In this document: piece after piece, positions 27,255 to 40,563 of the stretch | How positions within the stretch are numbered: the first letter of the stretch is position 1 | Layout: each line of letters opens with the position of its first letter | DNA from: Phoronis australis | Taxonomy: Eukaryota; Animalia; Phoronida | Reading direction: 5' to 3' | Assembly (NCBI GenBank): GCA_002633005.1 | Contig: NMRA01000161.1 | Coordinates: 47,605-111,604, forward strand | Length of the DNA stretch: 64,000 nt | Made by a program: the position numbers and the translations under genes | The notes under the pieces: generated by a model | What the model saw: the letters and a program-made list of their open reading frames with translations, nothing else | Databases searched by the model: none | Told to the model about the DNA's origin: nothing

Positions 27255-27510
27255 TGGGTGACAGTCCTGTTGGACGATCTTCGAACTAACACACACTGTA
27301 CTGCGACAGTGTAATTGCTGGTCACAGTCCTTCGTGGCGCAACTCAAGTCTGTAGTATCGCTCTACCGTCGATACACTACGCTGGCCACAGTCCTTCGTG
27401 ACACAACGACACGTGTAGGCTGTATCTGACTACCCACCATTGCTCTTGCTGATCACAGTCCTCCGTGACCTAACACATTTAGGCAGTATCTTACCACCCA
27501 CGATGCAAGT
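27255..27510. repeat. Degenerate ~65-bp tandem repeat x4, downstream of TATAAAT (~27200)
   Basis: ACAGTCC core at 27261, 27324, 27388 and 27455. Confidence 0.7.
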
Positions 27511-29237
27511 GACAAACTTCCTGTTCGTTGATCCTTACCCTTGCCAAAATCCCCTTTAGAATTTTCTACGAAATGGCTCTGTTGTACAATTTCTTCTGTA
27601 CACTGAAACAAGTCGTATAGCTTCAACTACCAAATTCCATCTGATTATTTTCCATGCACTTACTTAACTGGCTAATAAAAATCGAATTATTTTACTTAAT
27701 CATATCATTGGCTGTTTCAATAGGATCTCAGAAAGTTCTAGAATCTTTACAGTTTATTGATTCCAGAACCAAAGAGGTGAACATCATCTATAAATAGGCG
27801 TATACATCAAAAGTACATGTCAACGAGTTTGACCCCATGGTTTCAAAAGTACTTGAGCACAAATTTTGGGCAACTTCAATGGAACTATCTCCACTAATTA
27901 TATAAGCAATATTTATTTTGCCACTCACGACCTCGGTCAATTATTCCGTGTTGGAATAGAGCATTCTTTACGTGAATGTCTGTCCTAATTTACACTTAAT
28001 GACCACAGTGTAAAAGCTGTAACTGCCGTTGTGAACTCGAACCTTCACATTTTTACTCTAAATCTCGAGATTTTATTTAATATTCTAGCTAAGAGAAATG
28101 AATCTATAGCTTGGGTTGGACACTCATTTCTGTAAACCATAATGCACCATGTCTACAATTTTGAGTTCGATTACGAGTGTGAAAATTAAACCCTGGGCCC
28201 AAGCCGAATTTCAGGGAGCTTTTTACATTGGAACTCTCTAGAGTAATGAGAGCACGAAAGTGGCTTCCGAGCGATCCCGACGCTGATTTGGTGGACAGAA
28301 ATTCAGTTACTACATAGTGATTTGCTAACATAAAAGCAGAGGAATGGACCTCATTCCCAGCCCTTTCCACTGTTTGATTAGTTGAAGTTCACTAATTTAT
28401 TGTAAAGTAGTTTTTTGACACCATCTGAGATCGAAATTCTCCAGTTATATCAGCGGCAGCCACGGATACATCTCAGTATAGGAAATGTATGGAACAGGAC
28501 GTCATTTGATATTTTAAAGGAATTGCCTTTTTCGTAAGGCACTGGTACATCCCATCGCACAGCAATGGAAATTTGTCGGCATTACAACAACAAGAAGTGT
28601 GTTTAAACACTGTTTATACCAGTAGGTTGAAACCTCCCGTCTGCATTACATGGGATCTGTAGGCGGCGCTGATCTGAACAAAGACCTGATCTTCCTCTGG
28701 GCCCTGGGGGTTAGTGAATTTCAATGTGGTGCGACTATTTCGGAAGTCATCTATTTCACCTTCTCCACACGAATGACATCACTGAAGTTACAGGAGTAAC
28801 TGACCTAATAAACGAAACCATTATTTTAACAACAGATTTCACTCAATGTGCTTCACGGGTACGAGTTGGCACTGAAAGATTCGCCTAACAATAGTCACTC
28901 GTATTTACCAAAAACTGTTTACATTATTCCAAAATATTCAATTCTGTGCACGTGCTTTTGGTAATGGTCCAACGCAATCAACGCAACTAAAGTACATGGA
29001 CTTTCATGTTCAACGTTTCGCTTTAATCGCTAAAGCATTATGAAGACCGTAAACCAATGTACACTCAACAATGCCAAAAACTAAATTAACGGAACAAACA
29101 TCAAGTATACTCAAATACAACAAACTACCATACATGTTGATTCAATATTTGTACCGTCGGCTCAGGGCCGGTGGCCTTATCTTTGTAATTGAAATCGATT
29201 TTTTGACAATTTCTGCTCTATTTTTGTGCAAACTTAA

Positions 29238-31151
29238 AAGAGAATGCCACTCGATTTCTTTTTTACCGTCTAAATGGGTCTATATCCACATCGCCTCTTA
29301 TACGGTCGACCTCACCTTGCCGAGAGATGTCTCGTTAACCTGTGAGGAAGGTGAGAAACGACGCAGCGACGTCAGTGGTTCCTCTGCAGAGTGAATGCCG
29401 CTATATTGTGGTGCATCGTTCCCGCTTGTGCGAACTATCAAGCTGCGAAGAAAGCAGGTATATCGTTTTTTCGACTTCCTCGAGAGCCCGAAATGCTTAG
29501 GATGAGGCTCGCGGTAGTGAAGAATGAAAGGTATGCTGTTAATAGCAAGTATGAGGCTGTGAAACTTCTCCGTGTAATTTCTCTGCCGAATTCCAGCTTA
29601 CCAAAGAACTATCCATACGTTCCGTTGACTACGCATGTTCACGGTACCTCTCTAGTATTTCTTGATCAGTGTATTCCGGTTCGAACTGATAGCCTGTGAA
29701 ACCTAACGATCCAACCCGTGAAGTATTCGTCGGATGAGCTCTTGACTAAGTCGGGATTAGCGCCGGCGAGTTGCCATGTAGACGTTTATTAATCTGAGTT
29801 CTGTTTCAAAATGAATTATTCTCATCCTAACATGATCCTAACCAATGCTTATATGAAACTGAAACAAAGCCTGTCTCATTAGATACAATTTGTAATGCCT
29901 TGGAGTGCTCGTGAGTGCAAATGCTTCGAGAAGCCAGCAATGAATAAAACACTGCGCTACCGGCTTTTGATGCAGGCAACAAAGGCAATTGACCAGGCAC
30001 CGAAGCCGTGATAACAGAAAGCTGTTGTGAAACAATTACTCGATTTTCTATGCTATGGTCACAAGTGTTAGGGGAATCTTTATTTAGAAATACAAATGCA
30101 TTATTCAAATAATTGTTACTGTACAACCTTTGCCCTGACGGTCTGTGGAAGGGGAACCCGACTTCGCGGCCCCCGACAAGTAAGTAGATTTTCAGTTTCG
30201 TGGCTAATTCACGTGCACATTATTTCTTTGGCTCGCTACATGCGCGCACCTAGCAAGGGGGGGGGGNNNNNNNNNNNNNNNNCCCCCCCAGTGAAGTGGG
30301 CAAAAATGTCCGCCTCATTCAGAGAAACAAAAAATCCTAGGAAATGAGACAAAAGTCCAATAAAAAGGCGCAGACGCACAGTTCACAGTACTGAAGATGG
30401 TACCCCGTTTTTTTGTTAGCGCAAAAGGTCTACTTGGTCAGAAATACGAGCCCCCCAAGTAAAGGCTGGGTGCGCGCCTGCACTATTATAGTCTTTTAGT
30501 GACTGGAGGTTTAGTTTCCAACTCAAGCTGGTTTATGTTCGTGCCAGTCCCGGCGGCAGCGACGGGCCTGATTAAGTTCCGAGCCACTGACCGCGATAAC
30601 GAGTCAGTCCGCGGTCGCGACGGGCCTGATCCAGGGTTCCGACCTACTGTCCGGGATAACACGCGTTTTGTGTGTCTAGAACTTGAAAAAATCAAAAGTA
30701 TAAACAACACAGATCTAGGTTCTCTTGTCTGTATTTCACGGAAGAATACTTCGAATTTATCTCCGAATAAACCCCAAACTCCTGCTACGAACCTTGGTAA
30801 ATTGACCTGTCGAACTTTGTAGGCAACGGTGTGTCCAAACACAAGTAAATCCGTAACAGCGAAATAAAACAACACGTTTTTATGAGAACTCGGTGATTGT
30901 TTAGGGGTTTTACATCAAAGTTTGATGATTTATTGGTGTTAAACTATGAGTTCAAGCGATAAGCTGACACCACTAACCCGTGTTGCGAACTGCTGAACAG
31001 ACTGCGTGTGAAGCCAATTACGTAATTGGATAATTTCAACACCTCCGTCTACCGTCAGGTGTCAGGTAACGCAACCGAACGTGCCCTTCTCGAGTAGAAC
31101 TACTCGATCTAAATTGATTCAAAATAGGTTGTTTTTTGGTGGCATTCTCCT
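29238..31151 (+). mobile_element. Second full Kolobok-like element, inverted relative to 25357-27021; THAP relic at ~29403-29575
   Basis: TTAA|AAGAGAATGCCAC ... GTGGCATTCTCCT|TTAA. ORF 29391 reads CIVPACANY..GISFFRLPREPEMLR. Colinear reverse-complement similarity to the first copy. Confidence 0.85.
30239..30480. mobile_element. MITE nested in the second Kolobok-like copy, 5-bp TSD
   Basis: CATGCGCGCACCTAGC ... GCTGGGTGCGCGCCTG with flanks CGCTA/CACTA. The empty site GGCT-CACTA-GTACAG is present in copy 1 (reverse complement of ~26000). Contains an N gap. Confidence 0.85.
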
Positions 31152-32790
31152 TTAACATATGTGTCTATTATCTCGGGACCTGTTCCAAGAAATTGTCTTA
31201 AGTTTAAGATTTGTCTTGCAGTAGCTGAGACAGTTTTCTTGGAACGGGCCCATGTGCTTAGTTCGCACTACATGACCCATGGATGCAAGCTCCAGACTCA
31301 AAATAAAAACTCAAGATTGTGAGAAAACACCGTGGAATTTCTAGCTCAGACTGAAAAGTATAGTTAAAATGCTAAAGTCATCTAAGGTAGTCTAGACATG
31401 CGCAATCAACCACGTGAACTATAATATATTCTAACACAGAATTAACGACATTTATCGAAAAATGGAACAAAATAAAACCGAAGATGTCAAAAATAATTTG
31501 CAGTTCGAATTCGAGTACAATGAATAAACATCGGGTCCTTGGTGAAAATTGTACTGTACTCGAGCACAAAATGTAAATATTCACATTTACTTTAGTAGAA
31601 TAGATATTTTCAAAACCAAGTTGAAGTTCATGCTCAAGCCTAGCTACTTGTTTTTAGGCTCATGTTCTTTATAATCCAACAATTATTGGAAACACTTAAT
31701 GAGTGACATCTCTACTGAAAGACAATTTTCCAGCAAAATTAGCTCGTCTCATTAATTCAATAGTTTGCTTGAACCAGTATTTGGAGGAAACGGTAATTTT
31801 TCATCCCATCCCATGAATATATCTTCACTTATTTCGCCCACGTCTGTTTTTGTTAAATTGTTAATAATTTACAATACATATTCAAAACTCAATGAGGCTG
31901 TCCAGAAAATGTAGTGTATGTGAAATTTTATGCTGCACGTTTCACGTCATACACCATCAAAGGGTCTACAGAAAATAAATTTAATTAGCACGTCACCGAC
32001 ACGCAACACCGTTTGCGCTCGAATCCTTCTCGGTTTGGCAGGAGTGCAATACGTTTCCACGGAATTGTTTAACTTCTAAATCCGTAAGCCGATTTTCTAT
32101 TTTAGATAAATGAATTTCATTCAAGTTGCTGGACCCGAGTCAGGACATACGAAGATTTATACGGTGACTCTAAGCTTTCCGCAATTTGCGACTGCTGGTT
32201 TATGACCCTTATTAATTGGCGCCCAGCATATTGGCTTTGGATTTCTTTCCGATTTTATGTTATAAAATTCGCACTTGATGCACGGTTTTTAGAATTCAAA
32301 AACCTAACCATGTGCACTTTACAGGAACTATTCAAAATCGTCCAAAACGAAAATTTGAAATATGCTATTGTCGCCCAAAAGTGTTTAAAACTATTTAATG
32401 AAAGGTAGTTTCGCGCCTGATTATCCAAGGTCAATCTCCAGAGAGGGATAAAATTAGCTGAAGCTGAATGGGTTCTTTGAAGATACCGGCGGATTCTAAC
32501 GTACCGACCGAGTTGCCAAAACTCGACCGTTGAGGGTCTCAGCTTAGGATTCTTTTCATAGAAATCAACCAACAAGACGTTAAAAGTTAAAGACAATTGC
32601 TTATGAAGGCTCGGCGAGTTGAAAAAAGAGTTCTTTTTATATATTTTCAAACTCCTAAAAAAGATTTTTTTTCGGCAAATGTGCCCTTTCAAAGAGAATT
32701 TGTAGTCAAAGGTTTCATTTCGTAGTCGTGAAAATGTCGCCCTTCTGAGTGGCACGTCCCGTTTACCCCTTCATTGAGATCCTCTCCCAG

Positions 32791-32828
32791 ATCTCTGTCT
32801 TCTTTGGCTGTCGCAAGTTTGACTGAAG
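32791..32828 (+). CDS. Putative 38-nt linker micro-exon (phase 2-1): SLSSLAVASLTE
   Basis: TCCTCTCCCAG| acceptor and AG|GTGGGT donor. It supplies exactly the phase change needed between the 5' exons and the WSC exon. Confidence 0.5.
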
Positions 32829-32944
32829 GTGGGTCTAAACCACAACAGAAGCGCCCACTACGACAAATAACTTTGAGACCAAAAGGGATGTCTGTTACCA
32901 TGGTCGTGCATGTACATGTATGTAACGTATACTCATATTTTCAG

Positions 32945-33223
32945 CGCTGCCTCAATGCTTTAAAGATCGACTCGACTCTCGTGATCTTGTTGAGCAAGCG
33001 TTCACCGCCGAAAATTTAACCCTATTGTCCTGTAGAATGGCATGTCGTAGGAAGAATTTTAGGTTTGCCGGAGTTCAGAATGGAACCGACTGTTGGTGTA
33101 GTTATCAGTATGGTAAACATGGCGGTGCGTCTAGTAGTCAGTGCAACGTCCCCTGTTCTGGAAACACTAACGAAAATTGTGGCGGCGTGTTGCGAAATTG
33201 GGTGATGCATAGTAAAGACCCTG
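32945..33223 (+). CDS. WSC (putative carbohydrate-binding) domain exon
   Basis: LPQCFKD..RDL..NLTLLSCRMACRRKNFRFAGVQNGTDCWCS..CNVPCSGNTNENCGG..N shows the 8-Cys WSC pattern. TTTTCAG| acceptor, G|GTAAGC donor, phase 1-1. Confidence 0.92.
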
Positions 33224-34475
33224 GTAAGCTTTCTCGGGAATTACACACATTTACGGTGTCGTAATGACATTATTAAGGGACACGAATCAAGGTTGTGAAG
33301 CGTTTACGTGCACTTAACTGCCATAAAGTGTGCAATTCCATAAGTCCGTGGATTTTTCGCGAAGATCCTAGACATATACATGTTCTTTTCTTACAATAGA
33401 AATGATTTTGACTTTACGGTTGGATACATTAGCACACAGCCATAACCAGCCATAACTCATTTTTAATACAGCTCAGTGGTCCCATACCAAATAGAGACTT
33501 GCATAGTACCCATGGGTTCTTTATCGAAAGTTGTGTCCACCCTGAGTAAAAGTTATGGTGACCGAAAGAAGATCGATGATCTTGGCTAGGAGACGACGGC
33601 TCAAAAGCCTAGTGACCAAGTAATCTCAACAATCGTCTCATCCGGCTGGAGGCAACTCCCGTTACTGGCCCAATAGTAGACGTGTTGACAGGCGGGGGGG
33701 GGGGAGGCAGCTCGGACCCAATTATGACTGGGGATATGGAATTTGATAATGTGCCACCGGAGGGGAGTGGCGGAAAAGTGTTGACCTCGAGAAACGGCCA
33801 CTGATAACCTATAGAGAATCTCAGCATCTGGTTTGATGCAAAAGCATGTGAATAGGCGTGATGTTTCTCAAAAGTCTTCCGTAGCTCACAAATACCGCGA
33901 GACCGGTACTATCTGTTTACATCGGATTCAATCCGGCATCAAAGCGGATACGCATGTCTCCATTGCTTCAGACTTTACCGACACGCTTACCTCTTAGACG
34001 GTTGATACTAACTGAAGTAAGTTTCATGAACAGTGACTTACGACTTTTTAAGTCATCAAATTGGTCTCACGCTCGGCACAGCAATTTCCGAAATATAATA
34101 AAATCTTACTTGTGAAAAGGTCCAAATTCTCCGAGAACATGCACGTGGCTGTTAATTACAAGAAGAGTTTCATGCGGTCATACTTACATGGCCAAACCTT
34201 GTTTTTTGTGAAGTGGGAGTGCAGAGAGGCAATCTCCTGTCTTATTTTTTTGTTACTTTCATGATACTGTCTTCATGCTTACTCGCGAAACACAAGCAAC
34301 GATTTGTCTCTCACCTACTCGATTTTGCGGCATCTCGCGAAAGTCACAAAACACCAGCCATATCGAATACTCCAATGCATTGTTCAATGATAAGATTTAA
34401 CACATCTGATTTTGTCGGCATTTTACTAGAAATAACTTTGTTACGTGTCTTGTGATTTATTGATCGTCTGGTCAG

Positions 34476-34658
34476 TGGATGGCGGATGGACACAATGGGG
34501 TACATGGACGACATGCAGCGTCACTTGTGGAATTGGTGAGCGATTTAAAGAACGTTGGTGTACCAACCCGCCACCTGCAGGAAGTGGTATGCCATGCCGT
34601 GGTTTAGCCATCGCCCCCGCATCTTGCAACACAGGGATAAGTTGCTTTCTTCCGCAAG
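34476..34658 (+). CDS. TSP1 exon 1 (unique type)
   Basis: VDGGWTQWGTWTTCSVTCGIGERFKERWCTNPPPAGSGMPCRG..C. 183 nt, AG/GT bounded. Confidence 0.9.
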
Positions 34659-35469
34659 GTTTGGATAATTTATTACACATTGGGTATCGTAAATGTGTGT
34701 GTTATATCTGGTTCCTTCTGTGAAATATTCATTTGTAGAGCTGTGTCCCTGAAATTCCCTATACAACCTAAAATACATATTTCTCTTGTTGTTTTATTTG
34801 TCCCCAATAATTTAGCAAAAACTATTGGCTGGTGCAAAAGTTATAAACTATAACAAACAAAAAAAATCCGACGTTGCGGAGCCACCTACGTGTACATGCA
34901 GATTCGTTTACTGCATTTTAAGGTCTGGCTACTTACATGTATGGTCCAGGGCCTTGCATATTTAAAATTTGAAACCTCCGTGTCTATTCAGAGAGGGGTT
35001 CTTCACTTTAACCACGAGATCCTCTATGAAAACCAAGAACTTTCTCTGTACAGTACCCTAATATTTCCTGTCTCGAAATAGTTTCCCGCACCGTCATTTA
35101 GATTATTAAACACTGCCGAACAAAACAACAGCCATTCGCCCGCCATATGATTTCTGAGTGTAACTAAGATACAAATCTCCACATTCTCTCATTGCCGCAC
35201 GAAATGTGATACACCACTCCACTGAAATAACCGCGCTCAACTTTGTCCTTGGGGTGCACAACTTTTGAGCGCGTCAACATGCATGTGGGCTATTCTAAGC
35301 CGATGCGCTTTACAAATTCTGTCTAGCTGCTCGGAGAGATTGTTAACGTACATGTACGAGACAACACGGTGGTAGAAAGTCTCCTGCGCTCCACACGATC
35401 ATCCCAAGGACAGAGGCTCTGTAAATATCCGAACCCGGGTTACAGCAGTTATTCGGAGCCCTGCCAATT

Positions 35470-38314
35470 GGGTCTATTCGGAGAATTCTCCTTGCGGTGT
35501 CGCTGCTGTACTAGTGGTGATTGAATTGCGCATGCGTCGCTGGCTGCATGTAAACAACTGGTAAAACATGGAATTGTTATCAAAATAAGTCGTTGCGCAA
35601 AGCCTTTTTATTGCTATTTTCTCTGGTGCAAGTCTTCGACAGGTGGTCACAAATTACCAAAAGACCTAAGGTTACGACATTCATGGAGCATTGCGGTCAA
35701 AAGGGTGAACCAACTGACAAAAAGTGTGTGGATGCCGAAGCCGCTTTGGGAGACTACATAACGTAACTTGGTAAGTTTTAAGCAATCAAGTTTCTATCGA
35801 CATCGTTCGGTGATGTTATCCCCACCAGTTACCCCTCTGAATAACGGGTTTATTGAATGGAACTAAGTGTTTCTTTTCGGGAAACTCACACAGCACTCGG
35901 ATACCGGGTAAGCTAGCAGCACATATTCACATATTGTACGTTCTCCAGGGGTGGGAATGCGCCCAATATAAAAAGTGTATGGTACGTGACGCTCAGAAGT
36001 CAAGAATGACTTTCACAGCACGTTCTATTAAAAGCTATGCCATGTCCAATAAAATTCTCTAGACGAGTGAGTTTCCTTATTTTATGGCGGACTCCATCCT
36101 CAGGACTACCAGATTAGTTACTGAATTAACCGATGAATAAGCTATTCAGTAAACGTTATAACATTGCATTAGAATAAAAATTGACACCTAGAATGAATTT
36201 TACATGTTGAGGTCAGAAGCATATTTTAGGTGTCGTGAAAAATACACATTATTAAATCACTTTTAGCCTGTTTCACATAGTTTAATTCAGATCTTAAATA
36301 AGACTTGGGTACAAAGATTTAGTTTCTACATATAAACATGAAGATGAAACGTCAAGTATGTTCTGCCTTACTAAAATAGTTTTGTTTTGTGTTTTCTTTT
36401 ATAATTTGGTAATATTTCTCCCGCTATTCTGTTGCAGGTGAGAGAAAACGACTGAAACCAGACGCCTTTGGACAAAGTGAAAAGAAATCCTTCAGCATTA
36501 ACCTGACAGAATCGAACAAAATTCAGAAATTCAGCCCTTGATATGCCTGATTTTGAACTCCATTGCTAGGGAAAATTAAAATTGTTTTTAACAATGTTGT
36601 TTCTTTATATACTTTTCTTGCATGTGGAACTTTTGTTGTGGACAAGTTAACACAAAAGTTAAAATTGTTCAAAGGCCTTCTTAAGAAAGCTCTAAAAATA
36701 ATTACACACACAAACAAATCAAATGCAAACAAAGGGAATACTTCATTTTGATCGCTGCACATTTCTAGAGGTCAACACTGAGGAAAACGACAATTCGCAG
36801 GGGTAATCGCTAATCATTTCAGCTTTGTAAAGAATAAGCACAACTGCACTGTGTGGGGCTTTAAAACTGAGGAAATATTGTGGTTTCAATAATTAGTGAC
36901 AATCTTGCCTGTTGATGAAAATTTTATTCTTCATCAAATTGTAACATTAGCGGGCTTTCTACTGACAAAAAGACAATCGATACAGTCACTGAATGTCATT
37001 TCCCCATAATGTGTACCAAATTGAAAAGTTTTTACCATTAGCATAAAGCCTTTCTTCTGAAAGGAAATATTAATGTCACTCAGTGAGAAAGGACAGGTAT
37101 TTATGCCAGATGCTTTTGGTTTTCATTTCACAGAGATCTACTTTCAATAGCCTATAGAAGCGCTTGTAAAAAAGGTCCAGTTTCGGCACGTGGTTTTCCT
37201 CCAGGTAACCTCATTAAGCCTCAATTAGATCCTTGAAGGTAAACACAACAGCATATCACTTGACTCGTTTTGTGCCCAAAATCTGACCCTGAACTAGACC
37301 AGTAACACCACGTCTTCTTTAGCTTCAGTTCCTCATGTTTCTTCCAGGAAAGGAAATAAGCTATTGTCCACACATGACTATTGCCTATGAAAGGGCATCC
37401 TCACCAACGAGGCTAACTTGTGTAGCAGGTCAGATATAATTCCTCTTCATACACAAACAACACGTTTTCTTATGGTAACTTCGTAGTGCGATTCACATTT
37501 CACCAGGGCCACTGACATGTACATTGTGCCATGCACTAATGGTGAGTGGAAATGCTGTGGGCTGGAGTAGCAAAGCTTGTTCGTTGTCTCCGATGAAGAA
37601 AATGGGCTTTAACAACAGATCTACACTGGATGAGAAGATCTTGCTGGTTAGCTGTAGTCAACTGCTTAAAACCAATTTCTGTCCTTCTGGGTCGATGCAG
37701 AAGCAATGCATGTCTCCTCTGCAGGGTACAAGCCCTCAAACCTAAAAACCAAAGGTCACAAGAAAACAGACATGATAGATTTTCATTTCAACGTGTAATA
37801 AATTTCCGGAAGACACAGGATAGGGAGTAAACAAATAGTCTAATGTATATTTACGTACCCTTTGCCATGGCATTGGGCTTTGATTGTAATCTCACTAACC
37901 AATATCGAGTTAAACATTCAGCATTCATTGATGTAACTGTCACTGATAAACCTGTTAGAAATCATTCCAAACAATAATACTGCGTTGATGTACGAAAACA
38001 TCCCGAGTGCTACGTCAAGTATCGTGTTCGACTGGCGACTGCCGTGAAGTCGACATCGGCGAGTATTTCAGTTAACAGGCATCAGTAGAATAAACATGGA
38101 ATAATTGTTAAAACAATCACAAACCTTACCTTTGTATAAGATCGTGCTTACTTTCTCTCATAGAAGCACCCTTTTCACGCAATCTCCGATTCAGTTGGCA
38201 CGCCTACAAGCCATTTCACCATGTATTTAAAGGGCTCGCGAAATCGAGGCTGTTAATCTATCACCACTAGTACACGCGCGCCCTCTAGTTAATGTGAATT
38301 TTCCGAATAGCCCC
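35470..38314 (+). mobile_element. Decayed ISL2EU/PIF-Harbinger-like DNA transposon in an intron, with a spliced THAP relic
   Basis: TIRs GGGTCTATTCGGAGAATTC..TGTACTAGTGGTGAT / ATCACCACTAGTACA..GAATTTTCCGAATAGCCCC, with ATT on both flanks. THAP-like YCYFLWCKSSTGGHKLPKDLRLRHSWSIAVKR..W.P (~35606-35745), donor GTAAGT (~35771), then CAG|GERKRLKPDA (36438). No DDE domain recognised. Confidence 0.72.
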
Positions 38315-39308
38315 ATTAAACGCTCTTTCTCCTCACTGACAGCTTCGGCAGTGATGCAAAACAGACTTAGCTCGATGGAATTAGGCGCGAATAATTCCCA
38401 ATTGATACTCCAGCGGATGGTTAGACTGATTAATAAGTATGGTCCACGAGGGCCCGCTTCCTATAAACACAAACTTTTAAGGTTCCATTTTTTCTTCAGT
38501 AACTGCATGTAAGGCGTCTAAAAAGATGAACTCCCGTTCGACTGCTCCTCACAAGTAATACGTTACGTATACTGCCTAAATTATTAATAATTTCAAAAAA
38601 TCGACCTTTTTCCGTTCTCATAATTTTGATTGTGTCATCCAGATATCGAAGCCCGATAGTATGTGTAGGCGCTAAACATATAAGCATATAAGTTGGCCAC
38701 ATTTCACACGACTGTGCCCAATGTGAAGATTCGTTTATTGGTCTTATTGAGAAGGGTTACTCCTTTGATACAGAAAACGTGGGGTTACCGGGCAGAGAGA
38801 ATTCTTGGTTTGAACGAGGTGCCAGGGAGGATTTCTGGATTAAAGCCAAGAACGCCTATCTGAATAGACACGTAAGTGTCAGATTTAAACTATCTGACCT
38901 GGGCTTTATGGTTGTTGTCGATGAAAACCGACAAAGAGTGACGAAATTTTGCGGGAACCAGACAGTCATCAGTCCGAGGTAGAAGGAGCCAGCAGGCTCC
39001 GCAACGCTGGGAAGTTTCTCCAGTAGTAACAGTTTATATTTTTACGTCTATTTTGTACACCTGGATAAATAACAATATTCCCTGTGGAATGAAATATTGT
39101 GTGTGCTTTGCGTTGTATTTTTATGCTCCGCCAACAAATGTTCACAAATAAGGACAACGTCAAAAGTCAAATGGAAACATGGCGAATGCCCTCAGAGTAG
39201 TGACGCAATGCTATTATTCGAAACTTTTTTTAAACTGTGGTCTTTTCCTGTCAAGAAAGTATTTTCATGTTGTCACATTCAACGTACAAGGACGTCATTC
39301 ATTTCTAG

Positions 39309-39479
39309 TGAATGGTGTCTGGTCGCAGTGGTCGCAGTGGAGCCGTTGTGACGTCACGTGTGGAAATGGAATCACGACACGGAGTCGCCAGTGCAACAGC
39401 CCGGCGCCGTCCAATGGCGGTCGGGTTTGTCCTGGCAACGACACCGAGGTCATGACATGCCACTTAATGTCGTGTCCAG
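39309..39479 (+). CDS. TSP1 exon 2
   Basis: VNGVWSQWSQWSRCDVTCGNG..RSRQCNSPAPSNGGRVCPG..CP. 171 nt, AG/GT. Confidence 0.95.
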
Positions 39480-39833
39480 GTGAGATGTTGACAAGCACCC
39501 ATGTTTATGACGTGCATGCCGTCTAAACATTTACCTGCTGATTAAGGAAAGTCGAAGCAGAAACCGTCATCAGTCAGCGTGAATTCAAACAGCAATGCAG
39601 CTAAAATGACAAATCTTACGAAAACCTGTTGCACGCACCCAAATAGTTCGACCGCTGCAAGACGTTCCTCACTTGGCACGATTTTTTGAAAATCGAGTCG
39701 GAGTAAAGTCCTACCAAGGGGATCTAGATCCTTACCTTGGAGTGAGCATAATGTTATTTGCCACCCACCAGTCATAATCGTGCATTATAACAATAATACA
39801 AAATCACATGGGGTATTTGTTCTTTCTACGCAG

Positions 39834-40004
39834 GTGATGGCGGTTGGTCAGAGTGGGGTAACTGGGGGACGTGTAGCGTCACTTGCGGGGGCGGCACACG
39901 TTCCAGAAGTCGGTTGTGCAATAACCCCTTTCCGTCCTCTGGCGGCAAACCTTGTGGTGACTTCAACACACAGGCGGACGCATGCGGCAACGGCATTTGT
40001 CCTG
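39834..40004 (+). CDS. TSP1 exon 3
   Basis: [45 protein letters not shown]. 171 nt. Confidence 0.95.
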
Positions 40005-40389
40005 GTAAATTATCTAAGTAACATGTGGTCTCGAGCACATATTTAGAGACTCATTGATTCAAGCACAAATGCATGTACCTATCGTAAGGAATTAGTCACC
40101 GACTTCAAATGCGCATAGTCATTCCTATGTCATGAACCTCTAAGCTAAACGAAGGAATCGTCTCTGAAAACTAGACCTAGTCGGCTTACCCGGATTACGC
40201 CTACGCTAGTGGACATGTTCGTTTACAATTGTCGTTGAGTGACAGCTTACTATTTGGTTGTGTTTGGCTTTTCTGTTACTACAATCTGTCCCACGTGGCA
40301 TCCTTGTCATGTGTTTTCGAAATGTTTATTTCGACAAAAACAATAATTCTTAAATTATTTACGCGATAACAAGAACTTGGTCCACACAG

Positions 40390-40563
40390 TTCACGGTGGG
40401 TGGTCCCCCTGGTCGGCGTGGGCACAATGCGACGTTACATGCGGCCAAGGCTTAAAATGGCGAATGAGAGAATGCAATAATCCTCCACCGAGTTCAAATG
40501 GTAAAGTTTGTGCTGGGATGAACTCAGACAGTGCGAACTGTAGAGCCGCCATTAACTGCTCAG
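40390..40563 (+). CDS. TSP1 exon 4
   Basis: VHGGWSPWSAWAQCDVTCGQGLKWRMRECNNPPPSSNGKVCAG..CS. 174 nt. Confidence 0.95.

Noticed and set aside
27255-27510. CRISPR-like repeat/spacer appearance
   Set aside because: The spacers are similar to each other, the repeats are degenerate, there are no cas genes, and the context is eukaryotic.
21943-30289. Long G and C runs next to N stretches (21943-21968, 30256-30289)
   Set aside because: These are homopolymer-associated assembly gaps. The true length and any G-quadruplex role cannot be judged.
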